Assembly (NCBI GenBank): GCA_003561025.1
Contig: PWII01000074.1
Location: 1-35,687, forward strand
Length of the DNA stretch: 35,687 nt
Direction: 5' to 3'
From: Candidatus Nealsonbacteria bacterium
GTDB taxonomy: Bacteria; Patescibacteriota; Minisyncoccia; Minisyncoccales; PWPS01
This document shows positions 25,353 to 33,727 of this stretch, piece by piece. Position 1 is the first letter of the stretch; each line of letters opens with the position of its first letter. Under the pieces are notes generated by a model, which saw only the letters and a list, made by a program, of their open reading frames with translations, had not been told where the DNA came from and searched no databases. The translations under genes were made by a program, and so were the position numbers.

Positions 25353-25700
25353 ATGAAAGAAGAAAGAAAAATTATTGACGCATCAAAAAAACCGCTTGGA
25401 AGAGTTGCTACGGAAGTAGCGACACTGCTAATTGGGAAAAATAGTGCAAGTTACGAGCCAAACATGGATAAGGGTGAGGCCGTTACTGTAAAAAACATAG
25501 AAAACATCGTTCTTACCGGAAAGAAAAAGGAAGATAAGATCTATTATCATCATACAGGTTATCCCGGTGGATTAAAGGAGATTTCGTACGAGAGATTAAC
25601 AAAAAAAGATAGGACGCTTGCTTTGAAAAAGGCTGTTTATGGTATGCTTCCGAAGAATAAGTTGAGAAAAGATAGGATAAAAAAACTTAAAGTAGAGTAA
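25353..25700 (+). CDS. rplM: 50S ribosomal protein L13 (uL13)
   Basis: L13 motifs (IDA....LGR.A...A..L.GK; Y..HTGYPGG.K; V.GMLPKN.L). I chose ATG 25353 over the ORF-track TTG 25335, which overlaps rplQ and adds non-homologous residues. Confidence 0.93.
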   Translation: MKEERKIIDASKKPLGRVATEVATLLIGKNSASYEPNMDKGEAVTVKNIENIVLTGKKKEDKIYYHHTGYPGGLKEISYERLTKKDRTLALKKAVYGMLPKNKLRKDRIKKLKVE

Positions 25701-25702
25701 AT

Positions 25703-26116
25703 ATGCCACCAAAAGCAAAAAAAGAGACTAAATATTACAGCGGAGTAGGACGGAGAAAGACTTCTACGTGCGTTGTTCGTATTTATGAAAAGAAAGGAGG
25801 AGGAATCGTTATTAATGACAAAAAGATAGAAGATTATTTTCCTACATTTGATTTACAAAAAAAGGTGAAAGAGCCTCTTTCTACACTTGATTATTTAGAT
25901 AAATTTTATGCTTCAGTTAAGGTAAGAGGAGGAGGTAGTATTTCCCAAGCTGATGCGGTTAGACACGGAATTGCAAGAGCTATTGTTACCTTTGATCCTG
26001 ATTTGCGTAAGCGACTAAAGACATCTGGATGTCTTACAAGAGATCCAAGAATGAGAGAAAGCAAGAAACCGGGATTAAAGAGAGCAAGAAGAGCTCCTCA
26101 ATGGAGAAAGAGATAA
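25703..26116 (+). CDS. rpsI: 30S ribosomal protein S9 (uS9)
   Basis: 137-aa ORF with GVGRRK.S.A.V.....G.G...IN, V.V.GGG..GQA.A.R.GIARAL and LTRD.R..E.KK.G..KARR..Q..KR motifs. Confidence 0.96.
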   Translation: MPPKAKKETKYYSGVGRRKTSTCVVRIYEKKGGGIVINDKKIEDYFPTFDLQKKVKEPLSTLDYLDKFYASVKVRGGGSISQADAVRHGIARAIVTFDPDLRKRLKTSGCLTRDPRMRESKKPGLKRARRAPQWRKR

Positions 26117-26138
26117 AGAGATTGAAAAAAGAGAATTT

Positions 26139-26164
26139 ACGAGGGGCTAGCCCCCTCGTTTTTT
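26139..26164 (+). terminator. Strong rho-independent terminator closing the roughly 26-kb translation super-cluster
   Basis: acgagggg (26139-26146) pairs with cccctcgt (26152-26159), a GC-rich 8-bp stem with a 5-nt loop, followed directly by TTTTT (26160-26164). Lies 23 nt after the rpsI stop. Confidence 0.85.
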
Positions 26165-26204
26165 AATAGAAAGACTCTTTCTCAATTTCCTAAAGCCTAG
26201 CCTT

Positions 26205-26236
26205 CCCCACGTACACCCCCGGGGTGTACGAAGGGG
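26205..26236. repeat. GC-rich extended palindrome or hairpin between the terminator and the murA promoter
   Basis: cccc-a-cgtacacc-[ccccg... loop]-ggtgtacg-aa-gggg. The core cgtacacccc c ggggtgtacg (26210-26230) is a perfect 10-bp inverted repeat. It stands out strongly against the AT-rich surroundings. Confidence 0.6.
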
Positions 26237-26256
26237 GGTTGCTTTGTGCATATAAT

Positions 26257-26285
26257 TTGATATTTATATCACTCTGTATTATAAT
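26257..26285 (+). promoter_or_regulatory. Near-consensus sigma70-type promoter for the murA block (TTGATA-17 nt-TATAAT)
   Basis: TTGATA at 26257-26262 and TATAAT at 26280-26285 with 17-nt spacing. It lies downstream of a strong terminator, and a GAGGGGG purine tract (26286-26292) precedes murA ATG 26305. Confidence 0.6.
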
Positions 26286-26304
26286 GAGGGGGTTAATAAA
26301 GAAT

Positions 26305-27600
26305 ATGACAGAAAGATTAATAATTGAAGGAAGAAGCAAATTAGAGGGAGTTATTGATGTTAAAGGGTCAAAAAATGCCGCTACTCCGCTTATTGCGGCC
26401 ACTTTGCTTACCTCTTCTCCCTGTATCTTGGAGAACATACCTCTTATTGGGGATGTTTTGAGCATGATTGAGATTGTAAAGAAGCTTGGTGCCGATGTCG
26501 ATTTTTTGGATGAGAGAAGAGTAAAAATTACAGCGAAAGACATTAAGCCGGAAAATTTGGATTTTAATCTTGTAAATAAGATAAGATCGTCTATTCTTTT
26601 AATTGGACCTCTTGTTGCCAGATTTGGTTATTTAAAGATATCTCATCCGGGAGGATGTATCATAGGTTCGCGACCAATCGACTATCATATTAACGCTTTT
26701 ACCAAAATGGGGGTGGAGATTGAAGAATTTGGTTTAAAGAGAAATGGTTCAAGAAGTTCAAACGTATATCATTTTAATGCAAAAGAAGGACTTTTGGGAG
26801 GAGATGTTGTTTTTGACGGCTTTTCTGTAACGGGAACGGAGAATATCTTAATGGCCGCCGCTTTAACCAAGGGTAAGACGATAATAAAAGTTGCTGCCAC
26901 AGAGCCACATATACAAGATTTGGCTTATTTTTTAAAAAAGATGGGAGCTGATATAAAGGGTGAAGGAACTAATACGATAGAGATAGAAGGAAAAGAGAAC
27001 TTAGGTGGAGCAGAGCATTTTGTTCGTTATGACTATATTGAAGCAGGAACATTAATTATTCTCGGTATCGCTACAAAAAGTTCAATTAGGGTGGAAAATG
27101 TTCCGGTAGAAGATCTTCAGCTCTTTTTAAGTAGTTTAAAAAAATTTGGCGCAAAGATTAAAGTAGAAGAGAATGCCGTAAATATCTCTCCACACAAAGA
27201 GCTTTCTATTAATCGTGTACAGACGATGCCTTATCCCGGGATGCCGACAGACCTGCAGGCTCCACTAGGAGTTCTTGCCACTCAATCGGAGGGGTTAACA
27301 CTTGTTCATGATCCAATTTATGAAGGGAGGCTAAAATATCTAGGAGAATTAAATAAGATGGGTGCAGAAATTGTAATTTGTGATCCCCACAGAGCAATAA
27401 TAAATGGACCCACAAAATTACATGGAGTAGGGCTCGATCCACTGGATTTGAGAGCGGGGGCAGCCTTGATTATTGCCGGTCTTATCGCGGAAGGAACAAC
27501 GATAATTAGAGATGTTTCACAGGCGGATCGCGGTTATGAAGAGATTGACAAGAGATTGCAAAAAATTGGAGCAGAGATTAAACGAGTAAAAATTAAATAA
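26305..27600 (+). CDS. murA: UDP-N-acetylglucosamine 1-carboxyvinyltransferase
   Basis: Homology begins at MTERLIIEGRSKLEGVIDVKGSKNAATPLIAA. The active-site region is HPGGCIIGSRPID.H. The ORF-track start at 26224 is a GTG inside the palindrome and upstream of the promoter, so I rejected it. Confidence 0.93.
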   Translation: MTERLIIEGRSKLEGVIDVKGSKNAATPLIAATLLTSSPCILENIPLIGDVLSMIEIVKKLGADVDFLDERRVKITAKDIKPENLDFNLVNKIRSSILLIGPLVARFGYLKISHPGGCIIGSRPIDYHINAFTKMGVEIEEFGLKRNGSRSSNVYHFNAKEGLLGGDVVFDGFSVTGTENILMAAALTKGKTIIKVAATEPHIQDLAYFLKKMGADIKGEGTNTIEIEGKENLGGAEHFVRYDYIEAGTLIILGIATKSSIRVENVPVEDLQLFLSSLKKFGAKIKVEENAVNISPHKELSINRVQTMPYPGMPTDLQAPLGVLATQSEGLTLVHDPIYEGRLKYLGELNKMGAEIVICDPHRAIINGPTKLHGVGLDPLDLRAGAALIIAGLIAEGTTIIRDVSQADRGYEEIDKRLQKIGAEIKRVKIK

Positions 27601-27609
27601 GATATAAAA

Positions 27610-28611
27610 ATGTTATCAAGAAAAATAGGAATTGATTTAGGAACATGTAATTCTCTTGTATTTGCTCCTAAAAAAGAGATTGTTTTAAATGAGCCATCTG
27701 TTGTTGCAGTGAGCGTACGTGAAAACAAGATTCTTGCAGTGGGAAAGGAAGCAAAAGAGATGATTGGAAGAACGCCGGATGAGATAAGAGTATATAGGCC
27801 TCTTCGAGATGGAGTTATCGCAGAATATCGAATCACGGAAGCGATGCTAAATTATTTTATAAAAAAATCACCGGGACTCAGTTTTATCAAACCCGAGCTT
27901 ATGATTGGTGTTCCTGCCGGCATAACATCAACAGAAAAAAGAGCTGTCGTAGAAGCGGGCATCTCTGCCGGTGCAAAGGCGGTCTATACGGTAAAAGAAC
28001 CTATTTTAGCAGCTATCGGAGCGGGAATTCCAATAGCTTCTTGTTCGGGGCATATGGTTATTGATATCGGAGGAGGAACCTCGGAGATTGCAGTTATCTC
28101 ACTGGGAGGAGTTGTTGTCGCTCGCTCTGTCAGAATCGCGGGAGATAGCATGGATCTTGCTATTTCTAATCATATTAAGGAGAAACATAATATAGCTCTT
28201 GGTGCAAAAACAGTCGAAGATGTTAAAATCAATATCGGAACGGCAAATCAGAAAGGCGAAGAAGAGGTGATGGATGTTAAGGGAAGAGATCTAGCAACAG
28301 GATTACCGAGAATAATTAAAGTCTCTTCAGGTGAGATATGTAAGGCAATTAGCGAGTCACTTGATGAGATTATTGAAGTTATAAAACAGGTATTAAGAGA
28401 GACTCCCCCAGAACTTTCTGCGGATATTATGGATAAAGGAATGGTCGTAACAGGTGGAGGGGCGTTGCTTCGCGATATAGATGTTCTTATTACGGAAAAG
28501 ACCGGGGTCCCGTCTTTTGTCGCTGAAGACGCACTTCTTTCGGTTGTAAAGGGAGCTGGGACAGTTTTGGATAATTTGGAGACATACAAGAGAAGTATAG
28601 TAAGTAAATAG
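27610..28611 (+). CDS. mreB: Rod-shape-determining actin homologue MreB (paralog 1)
   Basis: 333-aa ORF with IGIDLGT.NSLV, EPSVVA, R..P..I...RPL.DGVIA, VIDIGGGT.E.AVISLGG.V and TGGGALLR..D motifs. Confidence 0.94.
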   Translation: MLSRKIGIDLGTCNSLVFAPKKEIVLNEPSVVAVSVRENKILAVGKEAKEMIGRTPDEIRVYRPLRDGVIAEYRITEAMLNYFIKKSPGLSFIKPELMIGVPAGITSTEKRAVVEAGISAGAKAVYTVKEPILAAIGAGIPIASCSGHMVIDIGGGTSEIAVISLGGVVVARSVRIAGDSMDLAISNHIKEKHNIALGAKTVEDVKINIGTANQKGEEEVMDVKGRDLATGLPRIIKVSSGEICKAISESLDEIIEVIKQVLRETPPELSADIMDKGMVVTGGGALLRDIDVLITEKTGVPSFVAEDALLSVVKGAGTVLDNLETYKRSIVSK

Positions 28612-28617
28612 CACTAG

Positions 28618-29493
28618 ATGATTATTGGACATAAAAGACAGCAAGAAAGACTAAAAGCTCTTTTTAAAAAAGATAAGATACCGCACGCTTTTCTCTTTTC
28701 CGGACCTGAATCTGTGGGAAAAAGGAAAGTTGTTTTTTGGTTTTTAAAAATGATAAACTGCGAGAAAGAGAGACTTAGTGCAAGCTGTAATTGCTCTAGC
28801 TGCTGTGAGATAGAAAGATCTCTTCATACCGATATTACGGAGATCTCTTCGCTTAAAAAAGAGATACAGTTAGAGCAGATTGAAGAGGTGATTGAAAAAA
28901 GTTATTATAAGAGCGCAAAGGCAAGATTTAAAGGAATTGTGATAAACGATGCACATCTAATGAATCTATACGCGCAAAACTCCCTCCTTAAGGTTTTGGA
29001 GGAACCACCTGAAAAAACAATAATTTTTCTCATTACTTCTTTTAAAAGAATTCTTTTTTCAACGGTAGTTTCTCGAGCTTTTGAAATGAAATTTTCTATA
29101 GTTTCAAAAAAAGAGATAGAAGAGAAGATAGAAGATAGAGAAGCTGTTAAGCTTTCGCTCGGTAGACCCGGACTAGCCATTAACTATCTCAATTTTCCCG
29201 AAAAAAAGAGAGAGGCAGAAAAGATAAAAAAAAGAATTGAAAAGATGGTTGAAAGCGAACTTTTTTTTAAGTTTTCAGAGATTAAAAGCTTTATCGAAGA
29301 AGATAATTTAGATATATTTTTAAATCTTTTTTTGGACTTTGCAAAAGAGAGAATGGTAAAAAATTTAAAAGCAGGTAAAGGAACAAAAAAGAATAGAGAA
29401 GTAATAGCTAAAACCGAAGAGGTAATCTATCTTCTCTCCAAAACCAATATTAATAAACAGATCGCACTAGAAGACATAATGTTAAAAATATAA
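28618..29493 (+). CDS. holB: DNA polymerase III delta-prime subunit (clamp-loader AAA+ protein)
   Basis: 291-aa ORF with HAFLFSGPESVGKRK, a Cys-rich Zn module (C...C.C..CC.I), NSLLKVLEEPP and SR sensor motifs. The size fits delta-prime rather than tau/gamma. Confidence 0.8.
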   Translation: MIIGHKRQQERLKALFKKDKIPHAFLFSGPESVGKRKVVFWFLKMINCEKERLSASCNCSSCCEIERSLHTDITEISSLKKEIQLEQIEEVIEKSYYKSAKARFKGIVINDAHLMNLYAQNSLLKVLEEPPEKTIIFLITSFKRILFSTVVSRAFEMKFSIVSKKEIEEKIEDREAVKLSLGRPGLAINYLNFPEKKREAEKIKKRIEKMVESELFFKFSEIKSFIEEDNLDIFLNLFLDFAKERMVKNLKAGKGTKKNREVIAKTEEVIYLLSKTNINKQIALEDIMLKI

Positions 29494-29504
29494 TTTTTAA
29501 AAAT

Positions 29505-30065
29505 ATGAACAATTATAAAGAGGCTATTGAAAAAACAAAACCACAGATGGAAAAAGTTATCAATTATCTTACTGAAGAATTAAAGAGAATACGAACTGAT
29601 AGAGCGGCACCTTCTTTGGTCGAAGACTTGGTAGTAGATTGTTTTGACCAGAGACTTCCTTTAAAGCAACTTGCTGCAATTTCTTGCCCTGAACAGAGGC
29701 AGATATTAATTCAACCATGGGATAAAAACTATATGAAAGATATTGTTGTTGCCATTCAAAAAGCAGAATCGGGGTTAAGCCCGAATATAGAAGGAAGCAT
29801 GATACGTATTATACTGCCGCCATTAACACAAGAGTACAGAGAAACCCTCCTGAAGCTTGTTTCTCAAAAAAAAGAAGAAGCGAGAGTCAGCCTAAAAAGA
29901 ATTAGAGAAGATGCATGGAGAGAGATTCAGGATGCATTTCAGAAAGGAGAGATAAGAGAAGATGATAAGTTTAAAGGAAAAGAAGATCTTCAGAAGGTTA
30001 TTGACGAGTATAATCAAAAAGTGGACGACTTAATAAAAAAGAGAGAAGAAGAGATAGAATCCTAA
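29505..30065 (+). CDS. frr: Ribosome recycling factor
   Basis: 186-aa ORF with L..IRT.RA.PSL.E...V..... .L.Q.A.IS.PE.R...I.PWD, P.LT.E.R..L.K and R.IR.DA motifs. Confidence 0.95.
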   Translation: MNNYKEAIEKTKPQMEKVINYLTEELKRIRTDRAAPSLVEDLVVDCFDQRLPLKQLAAISCPEQRQILIQPWDKNYMKDIVVAIQKAESGLSPNIEGSMIRIILPPLTQEYRETLLKLVSQKKEEARVSLKRIREDAWREIQDAFQKGEIREDDKFKGKEDLQKVIDEYNQKVDDLIKKREEEIES

Positions 30066-30077
30066 ACTTAAAAAGAT

Positions 30078-31142
30078 ATGCCAACAATTTTTATTATTAT
30101 AGCCAGCCTTCTTGCACTTATATTTTTTCATGAATTAGGTCACTTTTTGCTTGCAAAGAAGTTTGGGGTAAAGGTTGAAGAGTTTGGAATAGGAATTCCT
30201 CCACGAATTTTCGGTAAAAAGATAGGGGAGACCATCTATTCTATAAATCTTCTGCCACTTGGTGGATTTGTAAAGTTGTACGGAGAAGACAAGGCAGTAA
30301 ATGATAATCGAAGCTTTTCATCTAAACCTCTCTATCAAAGAGCATGGATTATCTTTGGAGGAGTTGCTGCATTCTTCATCATCGCTTTTATTATATTTTC
30401 CCTCTATTCGGGGATGACGGGTAAGACTTCGGTATTGGGAAATGAAGGGGGGCACTTTGGTGATTCAAAGATAGTTATTAGAGAAATTGTCTCGGACTCA
30501 CCAGCAGAAGAGGTGGGGCTGAGAGAGGGAGATATCTTGCTTGAGATAGATGGAAAAGAGGCTGATGCCAGAGAAAGTGTAATTTTCCTGCTGAGTAGTA
30601 AGGAGGGAGAAGAGACAGAGATTGTTGTTCAGAGAGGAGAAGAAGTATTATCTTTTTCATTAATGCCGCGTGTAGATTACTCAAAAGACGAGGGAGCTGT
30701 TGGAATTGCGATGACGGAGGTTTTTCCCAAATATCCTCTTTATCTAGCACCTATTTATGGGGCAAAGATGACGGGGGAGACGACATTTATGACGATAAGC
30801 GGATTTACGATGCTTATTAGCTCTATTATTCCCGGAGTAGATCTGCCGGATGAGATGAGAGTGGGGGGGCCGGTTGTTATTGTCAATATCGGAGCAGATT
30901 TTTACGATCAGGGATTTCAAGATTACCTCGGATTTTTGGGAATAATTACAATATCCTTGGCAGTCTTAAACATATTACCAATACCGGCACTTGATGGAGG
31001 GAGGCTGGTTTTTTTGGCGATTGAAGGAATAAAGGGGAGACCTTTACCGGAGAGCATTGAGTACGGACTAAACACTATCTTCTTCTTTTTGCTTATAGTT
31101 TTAATGATATTTATCACCCTTAATGATTTAAAACTATTATGA
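30078..31142 (+). CDS. rseP: RIP metalloprotease RseP/RasP (site-2 protease, M50 family) with one PDZ domain
   Basis: 354-aa membrane ORF with HELGHF zinc motif, a PDZ-like segment (SPAEEVGLREGDILLEIDG) and NILPIPALDGG motif. Confidence 0.92.
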   Translation: MPTIFIIIASLLALIFFHELGHFLLAKKFGVKVEEFGIGIPPRIFGKKIGETIYSINLLPLGGFVKLYGEDKAVNDNRSFSSKPLYQRAWIIFGGVAAFFIIAFIIFSLYSGMTGKTSVLGNEGGHFGDSKIVIREIVSDSPAEEVGLREGDILLEIDGKEADARESVIFLLSSKEGEETEIVVQRGEEVLSFSLMPRVDYSKDEGAVGIAMTEVFPKYPLYLAPIYGAKMTGETTFMTISGFTMLISSIIPGVDLPDEMRVGGPVVIVNIGADFYDQGFQDYLGFLGIITISLAVLNILPIPALDGGRLVFLAIEGIKGRPLPESIEYGLNTIFFFLLIVLMIFITLNDLKLL

Positions 31143-32380
31143 GACAATCTAGCCTTTTTACAAAAACAACAAAAGAGATAAGCAAGGAAGAGGAATCTTT
31201 GAATGCAAAGCTTTTGCTACGCGGGGGCTTTATCAATAAAGAGATGGCAGGAGTATATTCTTTTCTTCCTTTAGGTTTTGCGGTCTTAAAGAAGATTGAA
31301 GATATAGTAAGAAAAGAGATGAAGAATGTAATGGAAGCGCAAGAAGTATTAATGCCTGCTATTCATCCTTTAAAAAATTATGAAGTTACCGGTAGGGATA
31401 AGATAGATGTTCTTTTCCATACAAAGCTAAATGGCGGAGGTGATCTTGTAATGGGGCAGAGCCATGAAGAGATTGTTGTTCCTCTGTTTAAGAAGTTTAT
31501 CTCTTCTTATAAAGATCTTCCACAGGGGATATTTCAGATTCAGTCAAAATTTAGAAATGAGCTAAGAGCAAAATCGGGAATCTTAAGAGGGCGAGAATTT
31601 TTAATGAAGGATCTCTATTCTTTTCATACCGACAATGATTGTTTTGATTCATATTACAAGAGGGCGGAAGAGTCATACCACAATATTTATAAAAAGCTAT
31701 TAATTGGTGATAAGACCTATTTTACATATGCTTCAGGAGGTAGCTTCTCTAAATATTCTCATGAATTTCAAACACTCTCTGATGCCGGAGAAGATCAAAT
31801 TTATCTTTGTGAAGATTGCGTTATTGCAATCAATAAAGAGATTATTGATGATACGAAGAATTGTCCAAGGTGTGGTAAGAAAGGAGATAATCTTAAAGTG
31901 GAGAAGTCGATAGAAGTTGGAAATATATTTCCGCTCGGTTCGCGCTTTTCTGATTCGTTTAATTTGACGTATAAGGATATGAATGGCAAAGAAAGGCCTG
32001 TAATAATGGGTTGTTATGGAATAGGAATAAGTAGGGCAATGGGAGCTATTGTTGAAATTTTGTCAGACGATAAGGGCATAGTCTGGCCTAAGAGTATAGC
32101 GCCTTTTTCTGTTCATCTCATCTCTTTAGGAGAAGATGAGGAGGCGGAAAAAGTTTACAATCTACTAAAAAAAGAAGGAGTGGAAGTTCTTTTTGATGAT
32201 AGAGACAAAGGAGCGGGAGAAAAGTTTGCGGAGAGTGACCTTATCGGTATTCCTTATAGAATGGTAGTTAGCAAAAAAACATTAGAAAAAGAAGCGGTAG
32301 AGATAAAGAAAAGAGAAGAAAAAGAGGTAGAAATTATTAAAGTTAATGAGATCGTAAATTATGCTAAAGAAAATATTTAA
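31139..32380 (+). CDS. proS: Proline--tRNA ligase, bacterial-type core lacking the INS editing domain, which is replaced by a short CxxC...CxxC element
   Basis: 413-aa ORF with class II motif 2 FRNELRAKSGILRGREFLMKDLYSFH, motif 3 GCYGIGISR and a C-terminal anticodon-binding domain. CEDC-x14-CPRC (nt 31808-31873) sits where INS normally is. Confidence 0.9.
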   Translation: MRQSSLFTKTTKEISKEEESLNAKLLLRGGFINKEMAGVYSFLPLGFAVLKKIEDIVRKEMKNVMEAQEVLMPAIHPLKNYEVTGRDKIDVLFHTKLNGGGDLVMGQSHEEIVVPLFKKFISSYKDLPQGIFQIQSKFRNELRAKSGILRGREFLMKDLYSFHTDNDCFDSYYKRAEESYHNIYKKLLIGDKTYFTYASGGSFSKYSHEFQTLSDAGEDQIYLCEDCVIAINKEIIDDTKNCPRCGKKGDNLKVEKSIEVGNIFPLGSRFSDSFNLTYKDMNGKERPVIMGCYGIGISRAMGAIVEILSDDKGIVWPKSIAPFSVHLISLGEDEEAEKVYNLLKKEGVEVLFDDRDKGAGEKFAESDLIGIPYRMVVSKKTLEKEAVEIKKREEKEVEIIKVNEIVNYAKENI

Positions 32381-33413
32381 TAAATTTTCTCATGATATCG
32401 GAATTGACCTAGGAACAGCAAACTGTTTGGTCTATATCAAGGGAAGGGGCATCGCAATGTCAGAACCTTCTGTCGTTGCAGTTAATAGCAAGACCGGACA
32501 AATTTTAGCAATCGGAGAAGAGGCGAGAAAGATGGTGGGAAAAACCCCCGGCCATATCGTAGCGACCAGACCTCTTGTTTCTGGGGTGGTCTCTGACTTT
32601 GATGCGACAGAACAGATGCTTCGTTATTTTATTGAAAAGGCGCATGAAGATAGCTTCTTTTTGCACGGGAGACCGCGAGTTGTCGTCGGAATTCCTTGCG
32701 GAGTTACTGAAGTAGAAAGAAGAGCAGTGCAAGATGCCGGGAAAAATGCGGGAGCAGGGAAGGTTCATCTCATAGAAGAGCCAATGGCAGCCGCAATTGG
32801 CGTTCGTCTTCCCATTCAAGATCCGGGAGGAAATTTTATCGTAGATATTGGAGGAGGAACCACCGAAGTAGCTGTCATTTCGCTTGGCGGAATTGTTATC
32901 TCAAAGAGCCTGCGTGTTGCAGGAGACAAGCTTAACAATGATATCATCAGTTTTGCAGAAAAAGAGTACAAACTCCTTATCGGCGAAAGAACAGCCGAAG
33001 ATGTCAAGATTAAGATAGGTTCGGCTTGTCCTTTGGAAGAGCGAATGGAATCTACAATAAAAGGAAGAAATCTGGTTACTGGACTTCCTGAAGAGATTGT
33101 AGTTACAGACGAAGATATTCGTAGAGCAATGGCAAAGTCGATTAGAGAAATCATTAAGACGATAAAAGATACCGTAGAGGAGACGCCACCAGAGCTCCTT
33201 GCTGATATTATGCTAAGAGGAATATATCTTCTTGGCGGAGGAGGTCTTCTGCGAGGATTGGATAAACTTATAGAAGAAGAGACAAAGATAAAGACACAGA
33301 CAGGAGATGATCCGTTAACAGCTGTTGTAAGAGGGGCAGGTTATGCGGTGGAAAATATGGATATTCACAAAGAGGTTTTTCTAGAGACAAAAGAGCTTGA
33401 TGCTCCAAGATAA
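32361..33413 (+). CDS. mreB: Rod-shape-determining actin homologue MreB (paralog 2)
   Basis: 350-aa ORF starting MLKKIFNKFSHDIGIDLGTANCLVY, with EPSVVA, RPL..GV..DF, VDIGGGTTEVAVISLGG.V and GGGGLLRGLD motifs. Overlaps the proS end by 20 nt. Confidence 0.93.
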   Translation: MLKKIFNKFSHDIGIDLGTANCLVYIKGRGIAMSEPSVVAVNSKTGQILAIGEEARKMVGKTPGHIVATRPLVSGVVSDFDATEQMLRYFIEKAHEDSFFLHGRPRVVVGIPCGVTEVERRAVQDAGKNAGAGKVHLIEEPMAAAIGVRLPIQDPGGNFIVDIGGGTTEVAVISLGGIVISKSLRVAGDKLNNDIISFAEKEYKLLIGERTAEDVKIKIGSACPLEERMESTIKGRNLVTGLPEEIVVTDEDIRRAMAKSIREIIKTIKDTVEETPPELLADIMLRGIYLLGGGGLLRGLDKLIEEETKIKTQTGDDPLTAVVRGAGYAVENMDIHKEVFLETKELDAPR

Positions 33414-33433
33414 ATTATAATTATTATCAAAAA

Positions 33434-33727
33434 ATGAGTAATCTTATTTCAAAAAAGGAGATAGAGAGGTTGGCATATTTTGCACGCATAAAGCTAGAAA
33501 AGGAAGAGTTGAAAAATGCACCAAAGGAGATAGAATCGATTTTGCAATATATTCAAAAGCTAAAAGATATTAACACCGAAGAAGTAGAGCCTCTCTTTCA
33601 TTTTCCGGAGCTTACCAATATTGTAAGAGAGGATCAGGTTGAGCAGACAGGAGAGGAGATAAGAAAAAAGATGATGAAGATGGGGAAGGATAAAGATAAC
33701 TATTTAAAGGTAGAGTCTATTTTATGA
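33434..33727 (+). CDS. gatC: Asp/Glu-tRNA(Asn/Gln) amidotransferase subunit C
   Basis: 97-aa ORF with the GatC pattern (I..LA.LARI.L..EE.......L..IL.Y...L...NT..VEP) directly preceding gatA with an ATGA overlap. Confidence 0.9.
   Translation: MSNLISKKEIERLAYFARIKLEKEELKNAPKEIESILQYIQKLKDINTEEVEPLFHFPELTNIVREDQVEQTGEEIRKKMMKMGKDKDNYLKVESIL

Noticed and set aside
26224-26304. N-terminal extension of murA from a GTG start (ORF track 26224), and the antisense ORF 26190-26543
   Set aside because: The GTG lies inside the GC-rich palindrome and upstream of the TTGATA/TATAAT promoter. The added 27 residues are non-homologous and hydrophobic. MurA homology starts at ATG 26305 (MTERLIIEG...). The minus-strand ORF is antisense to murA.
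26117-26304. A tRNA or small structured ncRNA gene in the longest intergenic region (likewise 4812-4903 and 22767-22871)
   Set aside because: No cloverleaf arrangement, no T-loop GTTCRANYC or D-loop signatures, and the lengths and hairpins do not fit tRNA, tmRNA, RNase P or SRP. They are reported only as hairpins and regulatory candidates.
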